Source: Squalus acanthias
Taxonomy: Eukaryota
NCBI GenBank assembly: GCA_030390025.1
Contig: CM059432.1
Coordinates: forward strand, 76,138,001-76,202,000
DNA length: 64,000 nt
Reading direction: 5' to 3'
Made by a program: the position numbers and the translations under genes. Below the pieces are notes generated by a model. The model was given only the letters and a program-made list of their open reading frames with translations. It did no database searches and was not told the DNA's origin. Every line of letters starts with the position of its first letter. The stretch's first letter is position 1. Below, piece after piece: positions 13,057 to 26,620 of this stretch.

Positions 13057-14667
13057 ATTTCTACATTACATGATTATACCAAAAGTTTTTAAAAAACTCT
13101 GAATAAGGATAATCTAATTGGTCCTATGCCATATCAATTTTGTCCTTTTAATAGGCTGATTTCCTTATTTCTCGTTGCATATAATTGCTATTCCACTAAG
13201 TGAACCTACTAATTCTAAGACTGTCTTTGATTCTGTCCCATTCAGCACCAGCTTGATCACCCCCATTCTACAGAAACCTGATTAAAAAGATATTTACCCA
13301 GATGTTGTTTTTCTTTTGCAGGACTAACTTTTGTCATTGCATCCATATCATTGAGTACTGCTCCCTGAAACTTGGGAACCAGCATGCAATTAACTTCCCT
13401 CATTTAAGCAGGTGGTTACTTCATATTAAAACCTGTCGAGGCTATAGGGTCAGCCTGAGTTCAAAAGTTCAGTGATCACTTTAGTATTGAATCATACTTC
13501 CCTACTTAACAAACAAAGGCTAAAAGCTAAGATTGCTACAATACAAGAAAAATCAATAGCAGTATTACACACTTCATGTCACCCTGATTAACTTTATTCT
13601 TAGAGACTCGCTGTCATTCTGTGGGCAGCTGGCATATTATTGACCCTTTCTACCACTTTCATCTATACAGATCTGTTGGTGCTCTTCACTGGAGGGCGAC
13701 CTTTTTCTCCAAAAAGACCACCATTTTGTAGAATGAGCAATTCCTCTAAAGCAAGCTTCATTAAATGGGTATGTTGTATCTCCTTGTCCTGTTCCAGCCA
13801 TTTCAGCATCTATTCAGAAAATGCTGTTGTTCACCCTTAAAGCTGTCCTTTTTAAGAAGCCAAGCTCAGGACATCCTGCCCCTGATCCTGTATATTTCTT
13901 GCCCATCATGTGCTAAGAGTACTGCACTAAAATATAAGTTGGCTGATCTGGTGTTACCTGGTGAGATCAGCTCTCTTCACTACCAGCAAGCACAGAGCCT
14001 GAGGAGCAGTGATCTTGACACTGGGGCTGCATTGTCGACTCATTGTTCAAGATCAGGTGGATATTTCAGCTGGTTACTGATCCAGTTATTAAAACCTAAC
14101 ATTGAACAAAGTGAGCGCATTGGTACAATAATTAGTGTGACTCAATTTTGGGATAAATACTGATATAGCAAAGACCAATTTGATACTTGTGATTTGTTTA
14201 TTCAGCTTCTTATTTGGATTGTGACCGTTTTCACTTGTTTCCATTAGAACTCATCCAGTCTTCATTTGGGCAATGTATTAAGACTAATTTTCAAGTATGA
14301 AAAAAATGCAGCCAACAGCATGCCAAGGAACAAGATTAACTGTTATGCAAAGAAAATATGTTGGCAACAGAGATGTTTGTAAATTTCAGGAAATTTCATT
14401 TTGCCCAAAAGCTACTTGAAGGGGCTTAAACTGAAGGCTTTATTAAATGATGGAAGTGTTTGTCGGTCTTGTAAAATGTTTTTGCAGCTATCAAAGGTTA
14501 TCTGAAGCAGGATATGTATATTGAACTTGGTGTGTATAGAATTGTGATCTGGAACTTACCTGGTAGCTTAGTGAGTGGATGGACCAGCCATTGTAGAACT
14601 GAATCATACAGTCTAGGAAAGCCTCAAGTTTAATCCCTGGTTTCAGGTGGCTGATCTCATCTGAGAT

Positions 14668-15065
14668 AAAAAGAAAGACTTGCATTGATATAGCGCCTTT
14701 CATGACCACTGGATGTCACACAAGCATTTTACAGCCAATGAAGCACTTTTTGAAGTGTAGTCACTGTTGCAATGTAGGAAACGCAGCAGACAATTTGCAC
14801 ACAGCAAGCTCCCACAAACAGCAATGTGATAAAGAACAGATAATCTGTTTTAGCGATGTTGATTGAGGGATAAATGTTGGCCAGGATACCGGGGATAACT
14901 CCCCTGCTCCTCTTCGAAATAGTGCCATAGGATCTTTTACGTCCACCTGCGAGCAGACAGGGACTCGGTTTAACGTCTCATCCGAAAGATGGCACCTCCA
15001 ACGGTGCAGCATTCCCTCCGCACTGCACTGGAGTGTCAGCCTAGATTTTTGTACTCGAGTCCCTG
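14668..15065 (-). mobile_element. Deu-domain SINE (head truncated)
   Basis: Deu core and L2-type tail, homologous to 4998-5451. Confidence 0.85.
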
Positions 15066-15090
15066 AGATGGTGGTAAGGGCTTGAGTATT

Positions 15091-15320
15091 AGTCTTGTCT
15101 CAATGGTAGCACTCACCTGAGTCTCAAGCTTCTAAGTTCAAGCCCCACTCAAAGGTTTGAGGACATAATCCAGGCTGACAGTCTGAGGGAGTATTGAACT
15201 GTTGGAGGTGTGTCTTTCAGATGAGATGTTAAATCAAGGCCTCCCCTGTGCTCTCGAGTGGATGTAAAAGATCCCATGGCCCTATTCAAAAAAAAAGCAC
15301 GGGAATTCTTTTGGTCTTTA
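15091..15320 (+). mobile_element. Older Deu-domain SINE, 5' half
   Basis: Degenerate tRNA head plus ctgagggagtattgaactgttggaggtg...ggatgtaaaagatcccatggc. Confidence 0.75.
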
Positions 15321-16384
15321 GCAACAGTACATGCAGAAGGGAAGGGTAGCAGCTACTTCCAATTTCAGCACAGTATTTATGGGAGGGAGAGGGAAGGAGA
15401 GAAACATGAGTTAGTTGGGGCTTCTATTTCTTGGAAAGTGAAATATGCTGTTTTAACAGCCTGTTGTGTTTCATGATTTTAATTGCATGTTGTTTAAATA
15501 CAGCAAGGATGTTCAAGGTGGTGGTAGTACTGGTTCTGGATTGTATATGTATATCATTAAAATTAAAAGCATCTCTTTACCTGGGAATCTTTGTTTTAAC
15601 CAGGGGCTGCTGGAGAATCTGTTTGGACTGAAGTTTTACAAACCGCTTTGTAGATTTTTTTTAAAAAGATGTTTGGGGCCAATGCAAATTAGAGTTAAGA
15701 GTTTCAAACACTGACCTGTTTTTAGTTCCTGAAACCTTTTATAAGCTACTTTTAAACATGCACAGGGGATAACCTTAAATGTAGTTTACTGAGCCTGGAA
15801 TCTAAATTGTAAAATGATGTGGGCTCCTTATGTGTCAGCGGGTGAATGCAGGCTGGGACAGGTACAAGTGCGATAGGTGAAATGACTGTCTTCTGTATTG
15901 TAATTTATGACTTTGCAGATTGTAATGCTAAGCTGTACAGACAGGAAAGTCCCAGGTTTGGTCTCTGATCTGTGCTGAGTTAGCTGATCTCAATCAGCAG
16001 TGAAGGCAGTACAGTTATCTCTCTACCTCCTAGGTTTAGGAATGGTTCAAATCAACCAGTGGTCCAGTTTCTAATGCTAGCCACTAATGCCTACTGGAAA
16101 ATTTGCATCTGAGGATATAATTTGTATTTGCACCCTTTTGGTCGACACTTATCCTCTAAGTTTTCTGTTGAAGAATGGTTAGTTGGACAAGGTTCCAGAG
16201 AGGTTACTAGTCATTAGGATGATCAGCTGCCTTCAGAATCAAGAGTGAAAATTCTGATGGGTCATAAAAATAAATAAAGTGGTGTGGACATTTGATCATT
16301 GGGTATTTCACAGTTGTAATGTTGCAGTTACCAGTATGACTTTAGGGGGCCTCAAATGATTTAAAAAGTACTTGCATTTATATC

Positions 16385-16620
16385 AAATAAAAACAGAAAA
16401 TGCTGCAAATGCTCAGCAGATCAGGCAGCATCTGTAGAGAGAGAAACAGAGTTGACATTTCAGGTCGATGACATTTCAGGTCGATGACCCTTCGTCAGAA
16501 CATCGACCTGAAACATTAACTCTGTTTCTCTCTCTACAGATGCTGCCTGATCTGCTGAGCATTTGCAGCATTTTCTGTTTTTATTTCAGATTTCCAGCAT
16601 CTGCAGTATTTTGCTCTTGC
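16385..16620. repeat. Palindromic Penelope-terminus element with perfect 69-bp inverted arms
   Basis: Arms at 16385-16453 and 16518-16586 are exact reverse complements; homologous to the Penelope end at 56801-56901. Confidence 0.85.
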
Positions 16621-17489
16621 ATTTATATAGTCGCACAGAGAAATTTTCTGCAGGTTCCAAATTCTTGCCCTGTAGAAAATTCCAAGTTTAATTTTCCCTT
16701 TGGAAGTATAAATGCACGCTGATGGAAATATTGGCGCTGCAGAAATCGCCCTGAAGGCAACTTAGTTTTTGTAGTTAGATTTGTGGGCCAATTACACTTA
16801 GATTGAATTAAGCTCCCAGAGTAGCAGCAGATCTGGGAGGTGTGTGCTTACTGTATGAAATAGATATGTCTTTGTATTCCAGACTTCAGCTTTGTGTGAA
16901 TTGACTGCAGGTCACCATTTGAAACAGTTTAGCAACTGTGGTATAAAGTGTGCAACTAAAAAAAACTGAAGGATTATAACCACTTTTAATATAGCAGATA
17001 ATTTGTGTGATGTTTGAATTGCTGCAAAATAATCTTGATTTTGTTATGTGGTATTACATTTTTTTTTCTCGGTTACTAGTGAGGGATTGTTTAGTGTGCA
17101 TGAAAGTTACATATAGCTAATCACAGTTCAAGTGTTACATCATCTTATAAGCAAATTTGTGCCACGTCTGAAAGAGAATAAATCAGTCTTCCAGTGTGCA
17201 GAGAAATGTTCCCACCCACAGAAAATAGCTTTCAATTGATTTAATTTTTAAAAATTAAAAAAAAAGTAAGAATTACACCATCTGACCTTAAAGGAACACT
17301 GTTAAATGCAGCTGCACTTTAGTAATAGTGTGTTGTACTGTATAATTGCTGATGTCCTTATAAAATAGTGGGTGTGCTCTGTCTCGAATAGCACTACAGA
17401 AGGTCTGATAGCTTGTGTGAAAAATGTATAGTCTTTGTGCTGCATTGTTTATATGTTCGTAGATTAAATTTTGCTTTTATTTCTTGCAG

Positions 17490-19058
17490 AGCAACAGCTA
17501 CCCACCAATGTCCGACCCATATATGCCCAGTTACTATGCTCCTTCCATTGGATTTCCATATTCACTTGGTGAAGCCCCCTGGTCAACAGGGGGAGATCCT
17601 CCAATGCCATACTTAACAACATATGGACAGATGAGCAATGGTGAGCATCACTTTATACCAGATGGTGTATTTAGTCAGCCCGGGGCCCTGGGGAGCACCC
17701 CGCCATTTTTGAATCAACATGGATTTAACTTTTTTCCTGGGAATGCAGACTTTTCTACTTGGGGTGCGAGTGGATCTCAAGGACAGTCAACACAAAGTTC
17801 TGCATATAGCAACAGCTATGGATACCCACCCAGTTCTCTTGGAAGAGCCATAGCTGATGGACAAGCTGGATTTGGCAATGATTCTTTGAATAAGGTGCCT
17901 GGCATAAATAGCATTGAGCAAGGCATGACAGGACTGAAGATTGGAGGAGATATGACAACAGCTGTCACTAAAACTGTAGGTTCTGCTCTTAGTAGTACAG
18001 GTATGTGCAGTAGCATTGTTGCTAATAGCAACCCAGCAACAACCACTTCAGCACCTAAACCAACATCATGGGCTGCTATTGCTAGGAAGCCTGCAAAGCC
18101 TCAGCCCAAACTAAAGCCTAAGACTAACATGGGAATAGGTGGACCTGCAGTGCCACCTCCACCTATAAAACACAACATGAATATTGGAACCTGGGAAGAG
18201 AAAGGTAATGTGCCCAAAGTCCCACCTGCACAGCAAGTTATGCCTCCTCAAGTTGTTATCCAGCAACATCAACTTCCACAGCAACCAATTGCTATTCAGA
18301 CCCACCCAACACATCAGCAACAACCACCGCATCCAGGGCCTCAACAACCACAGTCTCAAGTTCAGCAGCAGCCACAAAACCGCTGGGTGGCTCCTCGCAA
18401 TCGGGGAGCTGGCTTCAATCAGAACAGTGGAGCGAATAGTGAGAATTTTGTGTTGGGTATGGCATCATTAAGCACTTCACCATCTGGAGGAGAAGTACAT
18501 CCTGTGTTGGAAAAACTAAAGGGCATACACAACTACAACCCCAAAGATTTTGACTGGAGTCTGAAGACAGGCCGAGTATTTATAATTAAAAGCTACTCTG
18601 AGGACGATATACACCGTTCTATCAAGTACTCTATTTGGTGTAGTACTGAGCATGGTAATAAACGTTTGGATGCTGCTTTCCGCTCCCTGAACGGTAAAGG
18701 GCCACTCTATTTACTCTTCAGTGTAAATGGAAGTGGACATTTTTGTGGAGTGGCTGAGATGAAGTCAGCAGTGGACTATAATGCTTATGCTGGAGTGTGG
18801 TCACAGGATAAGTGGAAGGGCAAGTTTGAAGTGAAGTGGATCTTTGTGAAAGATGTACCCAATAACCAGCTACGGCATATTCGATTGGAAAACAATGATA
18901 ACAAACCGGTTACCAACTCAAGGGACACCCAGGAGGTGCCCCTGGAAAAAGCCAAGCAAGTGCTTAAAATAATTGCTACTTACAAGCATACCACTTCAAT
19001 CTTTGATGACTTTGCACATTATGAAAAGCGTCAAGAGGAGGAGGAAGCCATACGTAGG
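17490..19058 (+). CDS. YTHDF3: YTHDF3 large internal coding exon (P/Q-rich low-complexity region plus YTH domain), 523 codons, phase 0 at both ends
   Basis: The translation [29 protein letters not shown]...[34 protein letters not shown]...[19 protein letters not shown] matches YTHDF3-specific sequence as recalled. Acceptor is ttttatttcttgcAG (17488-89); donor is AGG|GCAAGT (19059). Confidence 0.96.
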
Positions 19059-19879
19059 GCAAGTATAAAATAACTGTTGAGACTGATATTTAGTCTGCAG
19101 CTGTGCTGTGCAGTACTGGTGGTTAAAATTCTTTAGTTTTCTGATATTTTGTACACGAGCATATATCAGATAATCCCATAATTTATATGCACTTGCCTAA
19201 TATATGCATTTGAGTGTATATTAGAAATCTGTAGTGCACAAGAAACTATTCAGGGTACTGCTGATTCTCCCCTACAGGTCTGTGACCTTTGGAACACTTA
19301 AGGACTCAGGTAATGGTGTTTACCTTGTGAATTAAACTGGCACATTTAGACGAATTGATGTACGTAATTTGTACATTTCAAAATTGACACTGGTATACTT
19401 AGCTATATAGATCTCACTGAACTTGAATTACCTTTCAAGTGCAGTTGACAGTATTAACGTTTCTTTAACCTGATCTATATTTGCTTTAGGCCTGAATTTT
19501 AAATGCATACAAAAAACTAACTTCTGGTTACCCAGAGATTGTCCTTAAAAGAAGCTTAGAAATGTTAACCACCTTCAAACCAGTTGGTAGTTGTCCAAAA
19601 AACCCCCACATATTCAGTGTAACTGCTGCACATAAGGCAAACTAGAGAACTGGACATCAAACACCTTTCCATTTACCTGTGAGCAATGATGTGCCATGGT
19701 GTGATCTGGGAGATTTTGGGCAGCAATAATCAGTACACTGTTCCATTGCCAATACTATTTTTCGGGCACAATGTAAATCTTGCAGTTTTTAACGAGTCAA
19801 TTGTGGTATGTGTGATCTGTTCAATATAATGAGCTTGCTGTGACAGTCATACAGAAGAGGGTAGACCTGATCAACATTT

Positions 19880-20830
19880 TGGCACCATGGAGCAGTGAAA
19901 GACCAGTGAGTCACAAAAATAGGAGTGGTGGGAAATTCTACAGCAAGGGGATTAGACTGCCTTTTTTTGCAGTCATGACTGGGTGTGCTGCATGATGTGT
20001 TGTATTCCTGGTGTCTGGGTGAAGGACATCATGGAACGGGTAGAAAAACTGCAAAGGGAAGGAGATCCAAGTTGGAACCGATGACCTAGATAGAAATATC
20101 TTTGGGTTCTTGCAGAGGGAGTTGAATTAGTTGGGCACTAACTTGAAATGGGTGTTAATCTCTGGGTTTCTTCCTGTACCACATGCTGGGCAGGTTAAGG
20201 AGAGAAAGATTAAGATGGCCAATGCATGGCTGCAAGATTGGTGTAGAAGGAAAGGGCTCACATTCTTGGGACCTTGGAGTGAGTTCTGGAAACAAATAAG
20301 TCTATACCAAAGGAATGACCTTCACCGCAGCTGAAACTGCACCAGTGCCCTTGAGTAGTGGAGGTGGGAGACAGTCTAGGCTTGAGACTTAATAGGAGAA
20401 CAGGATTAATAAAGCTATTGAAATAGCTGAAGTAAATAGTGAAGAAATATTGCCTGAGGAGAAAAGGAAATAAAGGGCTTTCTGGTAGTGAGAGATAAAA
20501 GAATTATGATCGAGTAGCTATAACAGGCATTGCTTAGGTTTGGACAGGGGTGGGAACTGTAGAGGAAAGTGGGGTGGTGTGGCAGTATTGAAGGATTCAA
20601 TCAAGCACTAGAACTTCAGGATGTCCTAGGGAGGTTGTGTTAAGACGGAATCCATATAAATGAGAGTTAAGGAACAAGAAGGGAAATGCCATAATTCTTT
20701 GTGCATTAAAGATCACCAAACAGTGGAAATGGGACAAAGTGGGAAATTTGTAGGTAGTTCAGGAGAGATATGGACAACAGAGCCATAATACTGGGGGCTT
20801 TTAACTTGTATGGACTGGGATAAAAGTAAT
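19880..20830 (+). mobile_element. Highly decayed CR1 ORF1 esterase/endonuclease region
   Basis: Remnants of VVGNS..RG, CCIPG..VKDI, ANAWLQDWCRRKG and ILGAFN motifs. Confidence 0.65.
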
Positions 20831-21888
20831 GTACTAAGTCAAAGAGGGATTTTTTGGACCCTCTTTCTCTCTCTTTCCCCCCCCCCCCCAACCCCTTTAT
20901 TTCTTGTGTAAATATTGTGGATATGTTTGCTCCTCTGCTAAATTTGATTAACTTGTTTGTTTTAAAGTTACTTTTAAAAAATAAACCTTTGGGCCTGGTA
21001 TTGGCAGAGTGCTCGTAGAGTGCATGGTCTTTAAGTTTTGCTCAAATTTCCTACATGCAAATAGCTTCCTCCTCATTTAAAATTAACACATACTCTTCCC
21101 CTTTGCAGAAGTACCCCTCCTCTTCTCTTCTCCACCTACCAAGTTTATGAAGCAGTCTCCTTCCCAATTCACACTGTACCAGTTTCCCAACACCTTGTTC
21201 CTGGCTCCTGTCTGTGGGTGGCATAACTATTGCAAGCTCAGGGATTCTTGGCTATAGGGTGCAGCCATAAATCCCCCCAAGTGAAACAGGAGCATCAGGC
21301 AAGAGACCGGAGCAGTGGTGAGAACAATTGGAATGTGGAATGTGCCAATTTCCTTGATGGGAGGAGGGGAGAGAGTTTGTACTTTCTCTCAAAATGTAAT
21401 GGATTCCCAGTCCCAAGATAGACTGTGGCCTGCCATTTGAATTGCCTGCATCTAACATGAAAGGACTGAAAGAAAACTTGCTCTTAAATTACAGCAAAAG
21501 TCTTTCTTTGGGTAGAGTTGAATGTAAGCCTTTCTGCTAATAGAAAGGTCATCAATGAGTTTCTTCTGATTGAATGAAGCAGCTATTCGAAGCAAGGTTA
21601 CAGGAGAGAAAAGAGAATTTTTTAAGCCTTGCTTGCAGATATCCAAAATGATTTGCAAATCCCTTTCCTAAATTGCTTAGTCAAATGCAATTTTGGCTGT
21701 AGTTCACAAGCTTTGAATTACTGGAGGCCCAAATCATAATTTTCATGTAAGATAGCAAGGGAATTGTCAGTAATGGATATGTTGTATGGTTTAGAACACT
21801 TATTATTTTACAATCCGCCCCTGTCATATACAGTGGTTCAAGCTGAGCTAAAATGTTACATACAACAATATTTAGGTATATGTGTATT

Positions 21889-24453
21889 ACATATGAACAT
21901 GCAAATTAGGAGCAGGAGTAGGCCACTCAGCCCCTCGAACCTGCTCCGCCATTCAATAAGATCATGGCTGATCCGATTACTCCACATTCCCACCTACCCC
22001 TGATAATCTTTCACCCCTTGCTTATCAAGAATCTATCTACCTCTGCCTTAAAAATATTCAAAGACTGCTTCCACCGCCCTCTGAGGAAGAGAGTTCCAAA
22101 GGCTCACGGCCCCTTGTGAAAAAATTTCTCCTCATCTCTGTCTTAAATGACGACCCCTTATTTTTAAACAGTGACCCCTAGTTCTAGATTCTCCCACAAG
22201 AGGAAACATCCTCTCCACATCCACCCTGTCCAGACCCCCTCAGGACCTTATATGTTTCAATCAAGTCACCTCTTACTCTTCTAAACTCCAGCAGATACAA
22301 GCCTAGCCTGTCCAACCTTTCCTCATAAGACAACCCGCCCATTCCAGGTATTAGTCTAGTAAACCTTCTCTGAACTGCTTCCAAGGCATTTGCATCTTTC
22401 CTTAAATAAGGAGACCAATACTGTACACAGTACTCCAGATGTGGTCTCACCAATGCCCTGTATAACTGAAGCATAACCTCCCTACTTTTATATTCAATTC
22501 CCCTCGCAATAAACTATAACATTCTATTAGCTTTCCTAATTGCTTGTTGTACCTGCATACTAACCTTTTGCGATTTATGCACTAGGACACCCAGATCCCT
22601 CTGCATCTCGGAGCGCTGCAATCTCTCACCATTTAGATAATATGCTTTTTTATTCTTCCTGCCAAAATGGACAATTTCACATTATACTCCATTTGCCAGA
22701 TCTTTGCCCACTCACTTAACCTACCTATATCCCTTTGTAGCCTTCTTATGTCCTTTTCATAATTTACTTTCCTACCTATCTTTGTGTCATCAGCAAATTT
22801 AGCAATTATACCTTCGGTCCCTTCATCCAAGTCATTTATATAAATTGTAAAAAGTTCAGGCCCCAGCACTGATCCCTATGGCACACCACTCGTTACATCT
22901 TGCCAACCAAAAAATTTATGCCTACTCTCTGTTTCCTGTTAGCTAGCCAATCTTCTACCCCCTACACCATGAGCTTTTATTTTCCGCAATAACCTTTGAT
23001 GTGGCACCTTATCAAATGCCTTCTGGAAATCTAAGTACAGTACATCCACCGGTTCCCCTTTATCCACAGCACATGTTACTTCCTCAAAGAACTCCAATAA
23101 ATTGGTTAAACATGATTTCCCTTTCACAAAACCATGTTGACTCTGCCTGATTACTTTGAACTTTTCTAAGTGCAATGCTATAACGCCTTTAATAATAGCT
23201 TCTAACATCTTCCCTATGATGGATGTTAAGCTAACTGGCCTGTAGTTTCCTGCTTTCTGCCTCCCTCCCTTTTTGAATAAAGGAGTTACATTTGCTATTT
23301 TCCAATCTACTGGAACCTTCCCCAAATCTAGGGAATTTTGGAAAATTAAAACCAACGCATCAACTATCTCACTAGCCACTTCTTTCAAGACCCTAGGATG
23401 AAGTCCATCAGGACCCGGGGACTTGTCAGCCTGCAGTTCCAACAATTTGCTCAGTACCACTTCCCTGGTGGTAATTTTCTTGAGTTCCTCTCTCCCTTCA
23501 TTTCCTGATTTACAGCTATTTCTGGGATGTTACTTGTATCCTCTATAGTGAAGACGGATACAAAATACCTGTTCAATTCAACTGTCATCTCCTTATTTTC
23601 CATTATTAATTCCCCAGACTGGCTTTCTATAGGACCAACGCTCACTTTGTTAACTCTTTTTTTTCTTTTTTAAATATCTAAAAAAACTCTTACTATCTGT
23701 TTTTATATTTCTAGCTAGCTTTCTCTCATACACTCATTTTTTCTCTCCTTATTAATCTTTTAGTTATTCTTGCTGTTTTTTATATTCTGTCCAATCTTCT
23801 GACCTGCCACGCATCTTTGCGCAATTATATGCTTTTTCTTTAAGTTTGATACTACAGGAAACTTTTGTTTATCCGGCATCGACGGGACCGGCGTGGTGCC
23901 GGTTTATCGAAAGTACCGGATAACAGAGAGTTATATCTACCGAGGCTATTTTTAACAGAGACTCCAGGCAGCACGGGAGAATCAACTCCTGCTACTGCAG
24001 TGTTTCGGACTTCCGACAGCGCCAGGAGGCCGAGTAGTGGCACTTTTGAAAAGTACCCCTACTGACTAAATCGGCGTACTCGGACTCGGGATCGGCAACA
24101 TTGCCGGTTATTTGAGAGGAGTTTTCGGAGCACTCGGCGTTCGCGGAGACTCGACTGCGACTCGGCAACATTGCCGGTTATTTGAGAGGAGTTTTCGGAG
24201 GATGATTTTTGCCGGTTAAGCGAGAATTCCGGATATTTGGGTGCCGGATAAACGAAAGTTTCCTGTATCTTTAACTTTTTTAGTTAACCATGGATGATGG
24301 GTTCTCCCCTTGGCATTTTTCTTTCTCGTTGGAATGTATACTGTGTATTTTGAAATATCCCCTTAAATGTCTGCCACTGCAACTCTATTGACTATCCCTT
24401 AACCTAATTTGCCAGTTCACTTTAGCTGGCTCTGCTTTCATGCCCTCATAATT
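21889..24453 (-). mobile_element. 5'-truncated CR1 LINE
   Basis: KSPGPDGLHPRVLKE, YLDFQKAFDKVPH and KFADDTK ORFs; CR1 3' tail at ~21890. Confidence 0.9.
23855..24265. mobile_element. Tc1/mariner (pogo/Tigger-like) MITE nested in CR1
   Basis: ~26-bp TIRs caggaaacttttgtttatccggca / tgccggataaacgaaagtttcctg; TA TSD (23853-54, 24266-67); internal ~39-bp direct repeat. Confidence 0.9.
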
Positions 24454-25057
24454 GGTATTATAGTACCCTAGTTGCTCTGTAATTGGTGCACCAAAACAGG
24501 AAACATTACTGTTTAGATCTCTCAAGGTTTATTTGTTATAGTGCATTTTGCTGGGTTTATTATAGTTTTGGTGCATTTTACAGGCTGCACACTGACTTTT
24601 TAGTACAACAAGTATCAAAACTGCTGGATTAATTTTGATTAGTCTAAAATTCAAAAGTGATGTGTCAATAGAAAAAATACTTGTGCAAGTCATTCTTTAG
24701 GATTATTGTATTTAGTGTTGAAATAGGTTCAACATTTTTTTGTAACGTATCGGTTTAAACATTTTGGGCATATACAGATCCTATGGCTAAATTTACAGGC
24801 CTGGTTAGTACTTTATAGTACATGGTTTCTGTAACTAGAAAAATATAATCAATAAATCAGAACAAATGCTTTTAAATGTTTAGTGAAGCAACGGTATGTC
24901 TTAAAAGCTTCTGTCATATGCCTAGTTACCCAGTTTATCTTCCTCTTTCCTGTAATTAATTAAATGGGCCAACCAAAGTAGGCTGGTATAAATGTATAAA
25001 TGTATTTTGTAATACTCTGCAAACTGAAGCTATATTACATAGAATTACTGATTGTAT

Positions 25058-25728
25058 TAATCCCCACCATCAACATCCCAGGGGTCACTATTGACCAGAA
25101 ACTTAACTGGACCAGCCACATAAATACTGTGGCAACAAGAGCAGGTCAGAGGTTAGGTATTCTGCGGTGTCTCACCTCCTGACTCCCCAAAGCCTTTCCA
25201 CCATCTGCAAGGCACAAGTCAGGAGTGTGATGGAATACTCTCCACTTGCCTGGATGAGTGCAGCTCCAACAACACTCAAGAAGCTCGACACCATCCAGGA
25301 CAAAGCAGCCCACTTGATTGGCACCCCATCCACCACCTTAAACATTCACTTCCTCCACCACCAGCGTACCGTGGCTGCAGTGTGTACCATCTACAAGATG
25401 CACTGCAGCAACTCGCCAAGGCTTCTTCGGCAGCACCTCCCAAACCTACGACCTCTTCCACCTAGAAGGACAAGGGCTGCAGGCGCATGGGAACACCACC
25501 ACCTCCAAGTTCCCCCTCCAAGTCTCTCTCACCATCCTGACGTAGAAGTATATCGCCGATCCTTCATCGTCACTGGGTCAAAATCCTGGAGCTCCCTCCC
25601 TAACAGCACTGTGGGAGTACCATCACCACACGGACTGCAGCAGTTCAAGAAGGCGGCTCACCACCTTCTCGAGGGCAATTAGGGATGGGCAATGCCAGTG
25701 ACGCCCACATCCCATAAAAACAAATTTA
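25058..25728 (+). mobile_element. CR1-group (Zenon-like) LINE 3' fragment
   Basis: GVTIDQKLNWTSHIN and KAQVRSVMEYSPLAWMSAAPTTLKKLD; same family as 42883-45681. Confidence 0.8.
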
Positions 25729-25881
25729 ATACAAGTGTCTCATCATACTTGATGTTCTGTAGGTTTTGTCTACCACGAAATAAAGCTGAAAATGAACTGT
25801 ACCAGATGGCAATAAAAACAGAAAATGCTGGAAACACTCAGCAGGTTAGGCAGCATCTGTGAAGAGAGAAATTGAGCTACC

Positions 25882-26620
25882 AGGCCCGATATTGGCGGGG
25901 AGGGAGCGAGGAACCCAGAAATCCTGGGGACATGAGGTCCTGCTGAATTTAACTGCAGGACCGTATTATCATTTTTAAAATTCTGTTTCCTACCCAGCAG
26001 CCAACCAAACTAACAGGCTGGCCGCAGCTGGGGACGGGCCCCGGCAATCGGAAAAAATCCAAGATTGGTGGTGGGTCGGAGCCTGGCAATTTGGAGGGAG
26101 GAAGGGAAATATTGGGGGTGGGGGGGTTGAAGCTTGGCAATCAGGAGGGAAAAATTTGGTGGGTGGGAGCAGGGTTTGAAGTCTGGCAATTGGGAAGGAG
26201 GGAGGGAAAGAAAGATCAGGGCTTGGAAAGAGGGGGTGGTATTCGCCCATCGTGAAGCAGGAGGTTCAAGATTGGGGGGTTGGAGGGGGTCAGCCGATCG
26301 TGCCAGCGTGGGGAGGCCACGATTCGCAGAAGGAGGCTGAAGGCTTCCGTGAAGGGCCAGGGAGAGCACAGTATTATGGCTCTGTTATACATCTCTCTCC
26401 TGTCTCTCTTTCGCTGCTGTAAAATTTTAATCAGGCTCCCAACTACACTGTGGGAGCCTGAATTAAATATGATAATGAAGTGCCCCACCTTTCAAAGATC
26501 GGGCACACCAATGCCATGCAAACTGTTGCCGTATAAATGGCGGCAGGGGACGCGTTTTCCAGTTTTTAACTTTAACCTTGACGAACACTTGCCCATCGTG
26601 GGGATGTTGATATCGACCCC
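25882..26620. mobile_element. Harbinger-type MITE inserted into a Penelope-end fragment (25811-26653)
   Basis: Imperfect TIRs aggcccgatatt / gatatcgacccc. The flanks rejoin to gag(c/t)t-aac-gtttcaggtc as in the Penelope end at 56864. Confidence 0.65.

Noticed and set aside
1..17489. YTHDF3 5' coding exons (MSATSVDQ..., ...DDDFEPYL...)
   Set aside because: Not found by eye; probably upstream of the window.
17484..19073. 529-aa ORF as a complete intronless gene or retrocopy
   Set aside because: The TTG 'start' lies within the splice acceptor and ASIK* is intron read-through. The true last exon is at 32673.
24092..24200. CRISPR-like repeat-spacer pattern
   Set aside because: Only two copies, inside a eukaryotic MITE, with no cas genes.
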